From: Atractiella rhizophila
Taxonomy: Eukaryota
DNA: 64,000 nucleotides
Reading direction: 5' to 3'
NCBI GenBank assembly: GCA_021432655.1
Contig: MU271410.1
Location: forward strand, 1 to 64,000
Part shown: piece after piece, positions 1-13,136 of the stretch
Numbering within the stretch: position 1 is the stretch's first letter
Layout: each line of letters opens with the position of its first letter
Notes under the pieces: model-generated
The model's database searches: none
Seen by the model: only the letters and a program-made list of their open reading frames with translations
Told to the model about the DNA's origin: nothing
Program-made: the position numbers and the translations under genes

Positions 1-3
1 ATC

Positions 4-1041
4 ATGGACGCGTCCTCCCTCTCCCAACGCAAGCACACTCCGCCACTCGAGCCCTCCCCCGAAGCCATAGCGCTCTCCTCTAATCTCTCAAAAAACACCA
101 CCCCTCACAGCGACGACGCCTCCGAGCCAGCCGAAAGAACGACACGCACGCCCCAAGTTCCCCCCGCGCTCCTCCTCCTCGCACTCACCGTCCTCCTGGG
201 CACCATCTACTCCCTCCGTCTCTACAGCTCCGACGAGACCCTCTTCCGCTCCCGCTTCCCCGGCGCTGGGTCACACCATCCCGTGGCCAACCTCCTCGTC
301 CCGCCCGACAAGCTGCCGTCTCGAAACAATCCTTTCGGATTGGTGTGGTGGCAGGATAAGACGAATCCGTTTAACGCTTACCTCGTCAAATTCTCTTGGT
401 TCTGGACCACCACCGCCTTCATCGCTCTCGTGCTTTCAAAGGCTATCACGGACCCTAAAGGTTTTGGTGTGAGAGGAAGCGCTTATGGGAGAGCTTATGC
501 GGTTGCGACGGCGGTGTGGTACTTCATGACGCAGAAACTGCCTCTCCTAGGTCCGTCCATCTTTGATCGTATCATCGTCGCAACCGGTGGAGAATGTGTG
601 CCCTCCTCCCTCTCCTCCGCTTCCATCACCATCCCTTCCGAAGAAGGTCAAACCTCCACCTCAATCCTCGATCCACACCACTGCTACTCGTACTCCCGGA
701 GAGCATGGAGGAAACACCACGCTGCCAACCTGGGTGGAAGTCGACCGTACTGGAACGGAGGACTCGATGTGTCAGGCCACGCCTTCCTCCTCACCCTCTC
801 CATCCTCTTCCTCCTCTCCGCCTTGGAGGTCACCAAGCCTTCTGCCACTTCGAACGGAAACGGGGTTGCGCGGAGAAGGAGAGAAAATGAATGGATACGC
901 ACCGCCGCTTGGACTCTCATCGGGATTTGGTGGTGGATGCTTTGGATCACGAGTGTCAATTTTCATTCGCCGGCGGAGAAGGTGTTGGGGATGTTGGTGG
1001 GCATGGCCGCATGGGGAGTGAGCTGGGGAACTGTGCGGTGA
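4..1041 (+). CDS. FIT family (Scs3/Yft2/FIT2) ER membrane protein, acyl-CoA diphosphatase / lipid droplet biogenesis
   Basis: Intronless 345-aa ORF with several hydrophobic segments. It has the FIT motifs 'NPFNAYLVKFSWFWTT', 'GLDVSGHAFLLTLS' and 'TSVNFHSPAEKVLG'. Confidence 0.88.
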   Translation: MDASSLSQRKHTPPLEPSPEAIALSSNLSKNTTPHSDDASEPAERTTRTPQVPPALLLLALTVLLGTIYSLRLYSSDETLFRSRFPGAGSHHPVANLLVPPDKLPSRNNPFGLVWWQDKTNPFNAYLVKFSWFWTTTAFIALVLSKAITDPKGFGVRGSAYGRAYAVATAVWYFMTQKLPLLGPSIFDRIIVATGGECVPSSLSSASITIPSEEGQTSTSILDPHHCYSYSRRAWRKHHAANLGGSRPYWNGGLDVSGHAFLLTLSILFLLSALEVTKPSATSNGNGVARRRRENEWIRTAAWTLIGIWWWMLWITSVNFHSPAEKVLGMLVGMAAWGVSWGTVR

Positions 1042-1198
1042 GGCGTATTGAAGAGAGAATGTCTAGTTAGGTGAGATTTCTGTTGTTTGAGTGGAAGGAG
1101 TGATAGATCTATGTACAGGCCGGAAAGTGATGGGACACCGCTGTGGGTGAAGGGGTAGATTTATGGACATGGATTGTTCTACACACAGGACTTGTAAA

Positions 1199-2095
1199 TC
1201 AAACATTGAACTATACCCGTCATACATCAGCTTCTTGTAGGGGAGATTGAAAAAGAAACGCACGGTCCCCAAATACGACTCCGCTACGATCCTCGCTCGT
1301 GCGTTCAGACTGAGTTTCATCTCCGATATCTCTCTGTCTACATCCTCCATGAACCTTTCCCAAACGCAACACTCAGTTTCATTTCACCCAACGAAAACCA
1401 CCACACGACTTAATAATGAAAGAGGATAGAGACTTACTGAATGACGAAATCGACCAATTTATTCTTCAACATCTCCTCCGTATTCCTATTCGTGATCAAA
1501 AAGCTAATATCGTAACCCTTGATCGGTCTCCTTCGCAGAATCACAAAGTTCTCCGCTCTTTGCATCATGAAACGAGTGAACCGGTTCGTGAGGATGGTCT
1601 CTATCTCGTCCGCTTGCTTGATCTTGAGGGACACTCGGGTGCTGTTGATGGACGGCTCGATGAGGACGGCCTCGAGGGGAGTACGGGTGATGAGGATGGG
1701 GGTGAGGAGGACCTCGGGGGATTTTCTGGGTGTTTGCGTTCATCATAAGTAAGCGGATTACTGTAAGGGAGGAAGGGAGGACCAACCCGGACTCGATTTC
1801 GGGTCTTCAACCACGATTAAGACAGTTGAGTTGCCTCAGTACCTCCTGGCTCAATCGGATAAGGAATAGCTCACGCATTGTGCCTTTCTGATACCTATGA
1901 GACACCAATCAACTCCATTCGAAAGAGATCATTGCGTGGATGCTGGAGTGGAGAGACTCACTTCAGATGCAAAGTTCTCGAGGTTCAGCGCCGCGGTTAG
2001 AGAGGCGCGGACGCATTGAAGGTATGTTCGTAAAGTGTTGGACTGCCATTTCCTAAGTCAGAAAGTCAAAAAGGGGAGAACAGAACACTGACCAT
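1199..2095 (-). CDS. ARPC4: Arp2/3 complex subunit 4 (p20-Arc), multi-exon
   Basis: Exons give [40 protein letters not shown]...[44 protein letters not shown] and [28 protein letters not shown]. The first coding exon is the ATG alone. Confidence 0.95.
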
Positions 2096-2231
2096 GATTG
2101 CGAAGAGCACCAACTCTTTCTCTACAGTCAAGTCACGGGACTTAGCGCAGGCAATGCTGCGAACCTTATTGCGTGTGACTGGATTGTGCTCATTCCGAGA
2201 CAACGACGAAGTCGACAGTTACGAATCCACC

Positions 2232-3352
2232 ATGGCTAGTACCTCGAGTTACACTCAGGCCCCTCCGTCCTATCAGCCCGCGAAAGCGACGGACAACCCC
2301 AACTCTCCCTTGTTGGAAAGAGGATCATTCGAAGACGAGCGGGATGTTCCAGAGGATTTCAAGATTGGTACGTCCCCTTCNNNNNNNNNNNNNNNNNNNN
2401 NNNNNNNNNNNNNNNNNNNNNNNNNNNNNNNNNNNNNNNNNNNNNNNNNNNNNNNNNNNNNNNNNNNNNNNNNNNNNNNNNNNNNNNNNNNNNNNNNNNN
2501 NNNNNNNNNNNNNNNNNNNNNNNNNNNNNNNNNNNNNNNNNNNNNNNNNNNNNNNNNNNNNNNNNNNNNNNNNNNNNNNNNNNNNNNNNNNNNNNNNNNN
2601 NNNNNNNNNNNNNNNNNNTCTACCTTGGTCTCGGCACTCTTTATCGGTCTCAAGCTTGGACCCTGGTTGGCAGAGAATCTGTGGCTCATGTTCGCTTCTG
2701 GGCTCGTCACCTTCTTGGTTTGTTTCTTTCGTCTAATCTAGGAGAACGATTCTCATATGAACTGTTTCAGTTGATATTCGCTGTCCACATTAAAGCGCAA
2801 TCACATCGTAAGTGGTCCCTCCTCCACATGTCCCCCCAATTGAGATGGGATCCAGCAACGAACATCATCCTCCTTGGAATCTGGACTATCTTCGAATCCA
2901 TCTTCGTCGGTTCCGCCGTCGTATTTCGCGACGAGAAGGTCGTCCTCCAAGCTTTCGTGATCACGACCTTGGTCTTCCTCGGCCTGACCCTCTTCACGCT
3001 CCAAAGCAAATACGACTTTTCCTCCATGGGCACCTATCTCTTCGTCCTCCTCCTCGCCGTAGTCGTCACCTCCATAGTTGGCTTCTTCGTCACATGGAGC
3101 CGCACCTTCGACATCTTCTTCGCTGGAGCCGGATGCCTCCTCTTCTGCGGTTACATACTCTACGACACGTACATGATCGCTAACCGATTCTCGCCTGATG
3201 ATTGGGTCCTCGCTGTCATGGCCTTGTACCTCGAGTACGCCCTTTCTATATTCTTTGTTTCATGTAGCCAATGCTGATGGACGATGGTTGACAGCGTCAT
3301 CAATCTCTTCTTTTTCATACTCAGACTCTTGAGCGACTTGCAGGATCGATGA
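2232..3352 (+). CDS. Bax inhibitor-1/TMBIM family membrane protein (Bxi1-like), interrupted by an assembly gap
   Basis: N-terminal PPSY motif, then 'VLQAFVITTLVFLGLTLFTLQSKYDFS', 'GYILYDTYMI...FSPDDWVLAVMALYL' and 'INLFFFILRLL'. Confidence 0.88.
2381..2618. other. Assembly gap (run of N)
   Basis: 238 N bases inside the BI-1 gene. Confidence 0.99.
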
Positions 3353-3741
3353 ATGCGTTGCACGGGTACACGAGTACGAAAGTCGGTGCGGACGAATTGC
3401 AATGGACAGCTCCCAAACTAACGGTCACTAAGGCAGGCGAAGAGTGGTTTTTATGTTCGTCAGATGTATGATTCATTGTAGAACACGAATAATAGCGCAG
3501 TCTCTTGATCAAACACTAAAACACGCACACTCATTAGTCCTCATCTGTATCCTCACATTTCCATTCCACACTTGAACCCAATCATTCTACTAAGCAATCG
3601 TTGGAGAGACATTCGATGAGAGGAAGAGATCAAAAACTACAACAATGCCGAACAATCATCAATAAAGCAGACTGATCGTCCATACATCCATGCTTCCCAT
3701 TCCCATTCCTTTTCCCACTGCGCATATGCCATCAGTCCTGA

Positions 3742-5298
3742 TCATCCGGTGAAGTGTCCTCCAAATGAATGCTTCAAATCTCCCTCCGCCAAACTCTCGC
3801 TCAAACTCGCTCCCTCTGGTGGCTCAGCGATGGTCTCCCACACTTGACTCTGAGGGTTGCGCCGAACGCCGACCTCCCATTTTGTGGGCATCTTCTGGCG
3901 CCTGTAGCGATACAGAGAGTCAGGACGGTCGGAAGCGGCAAAGAAGAAGGGATTGGAACACACCTTGGCGTACGCTGTTAGGTCGAATGTGAACTTTTCT
4001 CCTTCCTTCACACACCGTCCATGGCGTCAGATCCTATCGCGGAGAGGAGGAAAGACGAACTGTTCCGAAATTGGCTCGGATCTCCCCCTTCGTTGATAAT
4101 ATACCGACCGAGGGAAACAGCTCTCTCCGGGCTACAGAATGTACTGGCGCGGCTGTCGTATTCCGTCTTCTCATTCTGTCCTCTCTTCAATGGGGTACAG
4201 GACGAACCTATGAGAGTCCCATTCTTGGTGAAGAAAATGCTGCCTCCATTCAGGTCCCAGTGAATGCCACACCCTGAATACCCTCACGGTAAGAAAAATA
4301 GAGAGGGAAAAGGGGAACGTACCCACAATGTCGTCCTTTCCAAACCGCCCATCGAACTCTTGATCGTTCACTGTCCAAATCGGGGTCGCGTGAGTGACGA
4401 TCGATGCGTCATCTACCGTGGATTCGTTAGCAAAATGTTGAATGTACAAGTGAATAATGTGCCAGCATGGTATCCCTATGCCTACACTTCAGACTACGGA
4501 TTCAACAGAAGAGACGGGAAGACGGACGTAGTCATCAGTGAAGATGCCCCAGCCTGGCATATCTGACAACCGCGACTCTTTCTCCATCAGTCCAATCCCG
4601 ATTATCCTTTCCACATCGGAGCTTGAATCAGCGAGGACTTCATGACAGAGATGGAGTATGAAAACAACCCAGTGTCTCCGGGATTTATGACTGCCGAAAA
4701 GCATCAGATTAGAAAGTCTCGCGTAACCGAGCTTGTGGAGATAAGACGCACCTTTGATCTCAAAATACCAGCAACCTTTTGCTGGAAAAGGGAAGACGGC
4801 GCGCACACTGCCTGCCATCTAGTGGCGAGATGTAGCGTGTCAGCGTCTATTTCTGCACTGAAGAGGGAGAGCAAACCTTCGCCTGCTCATCTGGATGTCC
4901 AACAGGTCCTGCTCATTTCACTATTCAGCATATTTCTCATTCCACAGTGAGACATTTGACCTCTGTAAAGCGCTTGAAGGCCTTTGAACCGGTCAACATT
5001 GTGCCGAAGAAAGACAGAAAATCACTCGCCATCGGACGAAAGGTCAAGGTTCCCCCGACAGTTCTCCTTGCTCCAGACTTGGCGTGCTTTTGGCATCTTT
5101 CCGTTTGAAGCCTAAGAAATAGCGTAGATAAATGAGAATATTGTCTATGTGCGCGATCAGTAAATTTCGTAAGGCTTTCCAAAGGGATTGGGATCGTGAG
5201 TTGGAGAGTTGAAGCTGGATATATCGCGGTAAAACTGAACAAAGGGATGGACTCACCCTCGCAAATACTGTCTTATAACTCGGCTGATTCCTCGACAC
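3742..5298 (-). CDS. Putative SPRY/B30.2-domain protein, multi-exon, boundaries uncertain
   Basis: Minus-strand pieces 'GSVRAVFPFPAKGCWYFEIK', 'IIGIGLMEKESRLSDMPGW' and 'FGKDDIVG' resemble RanBP9/Ssh4-type SPRY motifs (YFEV, LPGW, F..GDVVG). Confidence 0.5.
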
Positions 5299-5842
5299 CT
5301 AGGCCCCTCACAGCGTAATTGTTCGATTGTTCGATGTAGAAGCGGTTTTCCAGCTCTTCCAGATTGGGATAGCCAGTTTGGTTCCGCCTTCGGTTCCGCA
5401 GGACATTGATCAACCCGCATTTTTGCTTTATCCTGCTTTATCTTTCAAACCAGTTCTAGTCGCACATGTCCGAATGAAATCGGAAAGAGGAATTGGATGT
5501 GCTGGCAGCTATTCTGTGTTATTGCACTCTCAAGTGTACCTATATGCTCCACTATCTAGTCGTGGTTACTTCACCAGCAAGGTAAACACATCGTAAGGAT
5601 GTTGTGGTCGCTCTCGCGCGAATTACACTCTATACGCAGTTTACGTCGCTTGTTTCTTGGCTAAACCAACACAACAAGGAGATCTACGCATTCCAGATGT
5701 GAAATAAACAAACAAGGCAAGTAAGGTTGCGCAAGCCAAAGTCAAAAAGCCTTGAAACTTTGCGATACCGCACGAACCTCTTCCTTGTTATTTATTTAAA
5801 AGCTGAACTGGAAACAGTCTCTTTCCTCAGTTTCTCGCTCCA

Positions 5843-7165
5843 TTGACTGGACGTGTTACTTGCACCAACACACAATCATACAGTTCCTTCTTCACCATAT
5901 ATTTCGATATAATGACGCTTCAAATCTATTCATCTACCTACACATATTCCGCTCCTGCCTACATGAAGGCGCGAAGCAAGAAGGAGCTCCGGAAACAGAA
6001 GCGACTCACCAACGACGGGTCCTCACAATCGTCTCAGCCTTCTCTCACTTTCACTTCCATGTCCACAATTAACTCTCCTTCACTTTCTGGTCTCTCAACT
6101 CCTTCCGACTCGGATACCGACATCGAGATCCAATATTCGGAAAAGGTCGACTTGGCTCCTGTACTGAACCTATTCCCAAGCCCACCTTTAGGACTACGCT
6201 CCAACTCAAATCCATCTCTTCCCGCTATTAAGCTAGACCCCACGGCGTCTTCATCGTCTATTGCGACAGTTAGGCAGAAAAATGAGCTTCGTCGATCTCC
6301 TTCACCTTTGTTACACCAGCAGACACCTTCCGAACGGTCCCCAGCCGATTCTCCCGTTTTATCACCGCACTCTTCTGACACGTTGCCCGAAGATAAGGGA
6401 GAAAGCCTTTTTGACGCTTGGTCCCACTTCATCGTTGACATCCAACCGCCTTCTCGTCATCGAGACCATGTCACACTACCAACAACTTGGATTGGTTTGT
6501 CGTCTACCTTCCCCGGGGTGGACGAATACCACGCCATGGCGCGCATCCCTTATTGCGAGAGGAAATATACGTGGTCCCTCCCTTTGAATGATGAGGAGCT
6601 GGTGAAAAGGAGAAGGGAACTCTTAGGTGAGATTCCAGCAGGCCATCCATCCCCACCGAAGGAGATGGCGTCTGGGAGGCCCATTGGCTGTCAACCGCTT
6701 CCTGATAGGAGTCCTGAAGCGGAAAATAAAGAGCAAAAGTGGTTGCTCGAATGGTTCAATCACAACACTGTCGCTTCCTCGACCGGAGGCTCCCAAAGGA
6801 CTGTTTACAACCTCATGGAGGACAGCTCCGAAACGCAGGATATCCCACATCCCAAGCGATACAGCGACGTCCTTAGCTCTCGCTCTCGTACCAGGATCTC
6901 GGACCGAAAACGACAGGTAGCAGCGTTGAAGATGCTGGAAGTGATAGAAGGGAGGACGTCGCCGGAACAAAAAGCACAAATAGCAACGAGGAACGAGGCG
7001 GACCTGGCTTGCGGTACAGATTTCGAGCATGATAAAACTCCTACGAAATCGGTATTCAGACGAAAGAAGCTCAGCTGGAAGAGGATGCCTGTTGATTCTT
7101 TAGCACTCACGGTGCGCTGTGGTTCACATTCCCGCGCCTGGCAACTAACAATGGTGCAGTATTAA
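5843..7165 (+). CDS. Hypothetical low-complexity Ser/Pro-rich protein
   Basis: 440-codon open frame with no recognised domain. True start and any 3' exon are uncertain. Confidence 0.5.
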   Translation: MTGRVTCTNTQSYSSFFTIYFDIMTLQIYSSTYTYSAPAYMKARSKKELRKQKRLTNDGSSQSSQPSLTFTSMSTINSPSLSGLSTPSDSDTDIEIQYSEKVDLAPVLNLFPSPPLGLRSNSNPSLPAIKLDPTASSSSIATVRQKNELRRSPSPLLHQQTPSERSPADSPVLSPHSSDTLPEDKGESLFDAWSHFIVDIQPPSRHRDHVTLPTTWIGLSSTFPGVDEYHAMARIPYCERKYTWSLPLNDEELVKRRRELLGEIPAGHPSPPKEMASGRPIGCQPLPDRSPEAENKEQKWLLEWFNHNTVASSTGGSQRTVYNLMEDSSETQDIPHPKRYSDVLSSRSRTRISDRKRQVAALKMLEVIEGRTSPEQKAQIATRNEADLACGTDFEHDKTPTKSVFRRKKLSWKRMPVDSLALTVRCGSHSRAWQLTMVQY

Positions 7166-8099
7166 GACCAAAGATTAAATCTCTCTATCGTTTCCCGTAC
7201 ATTCGCCTTCCTGCCGCAAAGCATCACCTAATGTTCAAACCTCTGTCCCATTTCCGTTCACCATTGTTCACGGACAACATTCCCACCGCAATCACTCCAT
7301 AATAGCATTGAATTTAAAGGCGGGACACAACTCGTAGCATCCGAGCAATAGTCAATCTATCTTCATAGCCTTCAGTTCAATCGTCGACTCTTCTTCCTCA
7401 CTTCACGCTCCAGCTCATCTTCATCATTCGACTCAACCACTCTCTTCCTCTTGGGAATCGGCACGAACACCACCATCGTTCCCAGTCCTTCCCCAACCTG
7501 CACCATAATTTCCACACGTCGAAACAATCGGCCATATCGAAACTTGGGGGTACCGAGCTCTGACGGGCATGGACGACGGCGTCGATACCAGAGAGGAAGC
7601 GAAAAAGAAGGGGACTCTGTTGGGGAGGAAGCAAGCGCGAGGGTGGCTGAAGCTTCGAATGTGTCTAAATCAGCTTTTGTTTATATGTTTTACTCGTCTT
7701 ACCCTTCTGGCTGCCAACAGTTCCCCCCAATCTTGTATGTGCTCGCGAATTTCCCCAGATCATTGTCAAGCTTCTTGTAAATAGTACCTTCCACTTAGTA
7801 TGTCCAAGCAATGAACAAGTTGAACTGTGTAGTTTGCGTTTGCTCAGGCATCTTCGTTTCGTCGAAGCAATATCTAGAAGGACGAAAGAACAAGGACCTT
7901 TTACCAATAAACAAGGAACACGGATGCCGATCACATGTGCGATTGCGCGATCAAATTCAACTTAAACAGACTAGCAGCAGCTCACCAAAGTCGATTCTTT
8001 TGTGTTCCGTATGCGCCTTTCAGGATTTGTAAAAGATACAGGTCCCAAGTAGGGATTAAACGACAAAAACAAAAAAATCTGGACAGCTTTCCGGCCTCA

Positions 8100-11000
8100 T
8101 TAATCGTCAATTACAGTTGTTGTATCAATACCAACCATCGCATCTGCTCTTCTTTTCTTCAACAGTTCGTCTTTGTCAATGAAATCTGATGCCTGAGAGG
8201 TATTGCTTCCTCTTCTCGACACAAATGGCGCCGAACCATGACGTCTCATGGTCAGGGGTTCCTCCGGCTTTTCCTCTGTCGCGATGGATAGCAATCCTTC
8301 TTCTCTTCGACGTTTTAACACGTCCTTCGGCTCGAGAAAAGATGACATGACCGAATTAGTCGGGGACGGATTTGCGGTATTGAGTGGGGTGGCGAGATTT
8401 GGGGACGGTGACGAAGATGAGCCTGAAGCAGCTCCAGACGCGCCAGGTTCGTTGATAAACGCTGCTGGAGCTAGGCCCGTTGCTACGACAGGCGCTGGAG
8501 CGCCTTCAAATGCGTTCCCCTTTATAGTTGGTCGGGTAGGGGGAGAGCCTTTCCTTCGCTGATATCTGATAGTGTTCTCGTGTAATTCCTCCTCGTCAGA
8601 AGGGGCCTGTGAGACTTGATTCGTTTTCCGAGACGAACGAAGCCTTTCCTCGTCGTTTCTCTTGAACGCTTGGTCGATATATCCCGCCAGTAACAGAATA
8701 GCATCTTCAGCCTCTGGCATAAGACTTATCATTTGAAGGAATCCGTGACTCCAGCCCTGGAAGCGTGATTCAGAAATGGCACTCATGGACACCTTCCACT
8801 TACAGAGTAAATACGTGTGACTATCAGTAAGGATTAGCCACACACTAGTGGGAACAAGGGAGAACAAACCAGCCCAATCGTCCTCGCACTGCTCAATAAT
8901 GGGGTCGTCCGGTATACGACTTGTCATCCTCAAATCACCCTGTCGATTCATTTTGGCTAGTGCTCGAGCTCTCCTCTGAGCCTTTGCTTGATGAATTTTC
9001 GCAGCCCAAAGCAGTGTATCGTCGACGACGGGATCACGTTCACCTGGTTCGCTGTTCAGCAAAATAAGGTCACTATTGAGGCAGTGACCTACCACAAATC
9101 AGGTACACAGGTGGTAGTTGTTCTAGGAGCCTCGGTTCGCCAAGGATAGGAGAGATCATGTAGTTGTTCGTCAAATCAGGGCTATTTTCCCCTACATAAC
9201 AAAGGGCCATCGTTCGCATCTGCAAAAAAATTAATCTCGGTCTAGTTAAATCGGAAAGATTCTAACCATTGTTGGGGCAATGATCCTATCGTTGAAGAAT
9301 GATGTCCTTGAAGTCATTGTCAGCCTCGTTCCAAGTGTTGTAGTCTGACGCCGAATAAGAGGCCTGCTCCCCCTCCTCGGAAACCTGATCATTTCGTCAA
9401 CGGTTCTATCCGATTGCGCATTCTGTTCCTCGTCACTGGTATCCAACTCGCTCGTCTCCACATCGCCCATGTCTGCGTCGGCATCAGTAGTCGGCTCGCT
9501 GAAGAGCTCAAATTTTGGTTTCTGTGGAGGAGTCGGCGTCTTGACGTCGTCATTAATTCCACCCGTACTCGAAGAAGATTTGTCGACCTGAGCTGAAGGC
9601 GTACGTTCTTGGGATATCGCCCGAGTGAAGTTGATCCGGCTAATGCTTTTCCGTAAGGTTCGTCCCCAGCCTCCATTATGGCCTGTGGAATTATCTCGAT
9701 CATCCACGACGGCGAGAGGGGATCTGTGTCGCATGTGATCTTTGGTGGAAAGAAGACTGCCCATATGAGTTGGTCCCTCCGCCCTTAGTGTTGCGAGATC
9801 CCGGGAGGTCATCCAGGCGTGAAAGTCGAAGTCGAGGGCTGGATATGCGTAAACGAGCCCCACAGGAAGTGGGAGACGATGCGCAGCCTCCAGTTCAAGG
9901 AGACGGTATGTCATAGCGGTAGATATGTTCGCGCCACTGTAGTCCCCGACTCAGAAAAGCAGTCAGAACATCGCTGTGGAACTTACGCTGAGTCTCCAGT
10001 CAGTACTATGTCGATTTTATTCCGACCCATTCCTATCATAGAACCTTTGGACTGCACCAAAATCTTGTACAAGTCGAGGCATTCATCGATTGCGTACGGA
10101 TATGGGTATTCTGGTGCCTACTCCGATGTTATGAGTGCGTGCGTCAAAAGACAGGGAATAGTATTCACTTTACGATAATCAACGCTGAGAACCGGTTTCT
10201 GGGTCTTGAGTGCCCACCGAAGAATACTACACAAAATTAGCATTCGAAATGGTTCAAAAGAGAGAGACCCACCGATCTTCGTGGTGTAACGGATTCATGG
10301 AGACGAATCCCCCTCCCGGAATGTCGAGGATCAAGTCTTTACATTCTACAAGGTCTAGTTCAGTTCCCGCAAAGTACAGCCAGCAAACTATTGGTTTTCT
10401 ACGACACACTGTTGAGTGACAATCTATTCTGTGGTGCAAATGAAAGAGTACCTGTAAGATGAGCCCGCTGGTCGAGGAATCACCAGCCTGCGTCGAATGT
10501 TTACAATTGGGCGGTCGTTGCGTGTGAAGAAGCGGATGAAAGGGTTGGTGGTCTTCTCCCAACTTGTATTTTGTTAGAACAATCTTGAGTGAATTGAGGG
10601 AACCAACGTTGTGCGTAGGAAGTCCTACTTTGGAGTTAGGCGAAACTACACACTGACAGCGCGGAATACTCACAACGGTGCACCTCGCGCGATGCTTTCT
10701 TAACTACATCATCAAAATTAGTTCCAGATTTTGTGGGCAAAGAAGAACATACCACTTCATCAGCAGCATTTGCATAAACCAAGAAGTAGCCCTTGTGCAG
10801 TTTCAGATGCATAATTGCCGTAAGTTGAACACTCACCGCAAAGAGGAAGGACAAAAGATCTCTCCAAAGCTTGGGCTTGATGTGCATACACGTTGCGAAA
10901 CCAGCGTCGAGGGCGGTGATGATCCAAGTCGCTCGAAAGTAACTAGGTGAATAGATTTTGGCGAGAGGCTCAGGTGCTACAGCCTGCAACTCAGCAAGAT

Positions 11001-11367
11001 ATCTCTACACAGTGTGAGTAAGAAGTCTACGATTAAGTCCAAGGATACTATCGGCGTTTCTCATTGCATAGAGACTTATTAAAGTTGAGAGAATGAGCTG
11101 CCATGGTTGATATTGTCCTACAGACAGGAAAGAGTGAGCTTTGCACAAAGCATGGAAATGGGCATAACGTACGGAGTTTGAAGTTTAAGCCTTTGAGAAA
11201 GAAAGGTCCGCGAGGATTTCCGACTCGCAACCTCCAAAACCAGAAAATGATGACGAGAAAGACCTACATCATTGAGCTCCATGAACAATCGCCTTGAAAA
11301 TGGTGCAACAACGCACCTGCGATCGCTTCCAAGAGACGCTTGGACGCCCTAAGAGGTGATCTATCAT
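8100..11367 (-). CDS. Hormone-sensitive-lipase-like alpha/beta hydrolase, multi-exon
   Basis: Starts MIDHLLGRPSVSWKRSQ. Oxyanion loop 'ILDIPGGGFVSM', 'YPYAIDECLDLY', nucleophile motif 'TGDSA|G', then 'GERDPVVDDTL' and 'GWSHGFLQM'. Confidence 0.85.
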
Positions 11368-11735
11368 GCTGCAAATAGTTTAATGGTACTGCAGCTCTAA
11401 TGTTTGGGAGATGGGAAGGCGACGATGGCGACACTCCCTTTTGTTTGCGGGTGAGAACATGTGAAATCAATGGAGCACGCTGCGTACCTGCCTGCGTACG
11501 TTATGCGTACGTTGCCATAAACATTGGATTGATTTGAAATAGATTTGAAACCTCTCCTTGCCTGTTAGATCATTTCGTTCTTCAAAGCACAACCGATAAA
11601 TAAAGACGCTGAGGGAATTTCGACGGACTTGCACTTGAATCGAACTTTGTTCAGCAAAAGGGGCTACGTGATTGATCAAGGAGAAGCTTGCTCCTTTCCA
11701 TAATCTAACCTCAATTCCAATCGAAGTCTTTCGAA

Positions 11736-13136
11736 ATGGATGATAAAATTTTATTGGTAGGGTGCGGAACGTTTGGTAGGCATCTTCAAAGATTACAAAC
11801 GAATACCCCCTCATTCCGGCTTTCAAGGACTGTCAACGGCCCTTCACCTCGCACGGAAAGGGTATCGCAACGTTGTTTGTTTGGATAAACACCCTTGTCC
11901 CTCTCCATTGAGCGCTGGAACAGATTTGAACAAAGTGTGCCTGGTGTTCTTGATAGGTTCCAAGTTGATCAGTGAGCAGATCCTGCGAACAGAATATGAG
12001 GACCGTTTATACACTGAGCTTGCGCATGAAGCACTTAATCTGTGGGATTCTGACCCCGTCTTCAAACCTCACTTTCACAAGACTGGTTGGATCTTTGGTT
12101 CTCAGGAAGGCTCCCTGTCGACTTCTTTCTCCAAAGCGATCGAGAACACAAAGCAATATGGTGACGCCTCCCTGCTCGAAGATTTGGATAGCGCCTCCCT
12201 GTCGAAGAGGTTCCCGGAGCTGTTATCAGAGGAGAAAGAAGATTGGACGCTCGTCTTCAATGGCAATGCCGGGTGGGCGAATGCGGCTGAAGCGTCCTTG
12301 AGTGTAAAGGAGGAGTGTGAGAAGCTTGGCGTGTCCTTCGTCTTCGGTTCGTCAGGAACGGTGAAAGAGCTCCTACGTTCAGATTCAGGGGATGTAATTG
12401 GATGCCGGGCTGAAGACGGAACGGAACATGTGGCCGACAAAGTTGTTTTGTCCATGGGAGGCTGGGCAAGCAATCCAAGCCTGGAGTTGGGATGGAACGG
12501 GCAGCTTGTAGCTGTGTGCGCAACGATGTGTCAGATGGTTTTGTCGAAGGAAGAAGTAGAGCGGTATAAGGATATCCCAGTCATAGACTGCAAGGGGGAG
12601 GGTTATTTCTTTCCTCCAGTTCTGCAATCGGATGGTTCTGGCGTATTGAAGGGATGTGATTTGACGGAAGGACGCCCGAACTGGGACGAGAGTGGAACTA
12701 TTTCGACGCCTCTTACGCTTGACGTTAACGAGAACCCGAGCCAAGCATTGAAGGAGAGGGATGAAGCAGGTGTTAGAAAGTTACTCAGACTTTGGGTGCC
12801 AGACTTAGCTGAGAAGGAGTTTACCAAGACCCGCGTACGTCTCTGTCAATCTAAAACATGGAATTTCAAGTTTTGGATAACTTTCTACAGATCTGTTGGG
12901 ACTCAGAAAGTTTCGACAAATCATGGATCATTAGCTCGCACCCGTCGTCTCCCAAAAGCTTGTTTCTCGCCACGGGTGGCAGCCGACACAGCTTCAAAAA
13001 CCTCACGAACGTTGGAAAATACGTCGTAGAGTGCTTAGAAGGAAAAGATAGAGAGGAATGGCGTTGGAGACCTGAAAAAGTAGTGTCGGATTGGGCAAAA
13101 GATAGAGAGGACATCAAAAGTGTACTTGGGTGGTAG
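11736..13136 (+). CDS. FAD-dependent oxidoreductase, sarcosine/pipecolate/fructosyl-amino-acid oxidase (MSOX/MTOX) family
   Basis: Rossmann start 'ILLVGCGTF|GLSTALHLARKGY', 'SAGTDLNK|ILR', 'GWANAAEA', 'R|ICWDSES' (candidate FAD-linked Cys) and 'ATGGSRHSFK'. Confidence 0.88.

Noticed and set aside
2094..2741. ORFs running through the X stretch
   Set aside because: They are artefacts of the N gap. Only the BI-1 frame is supported.
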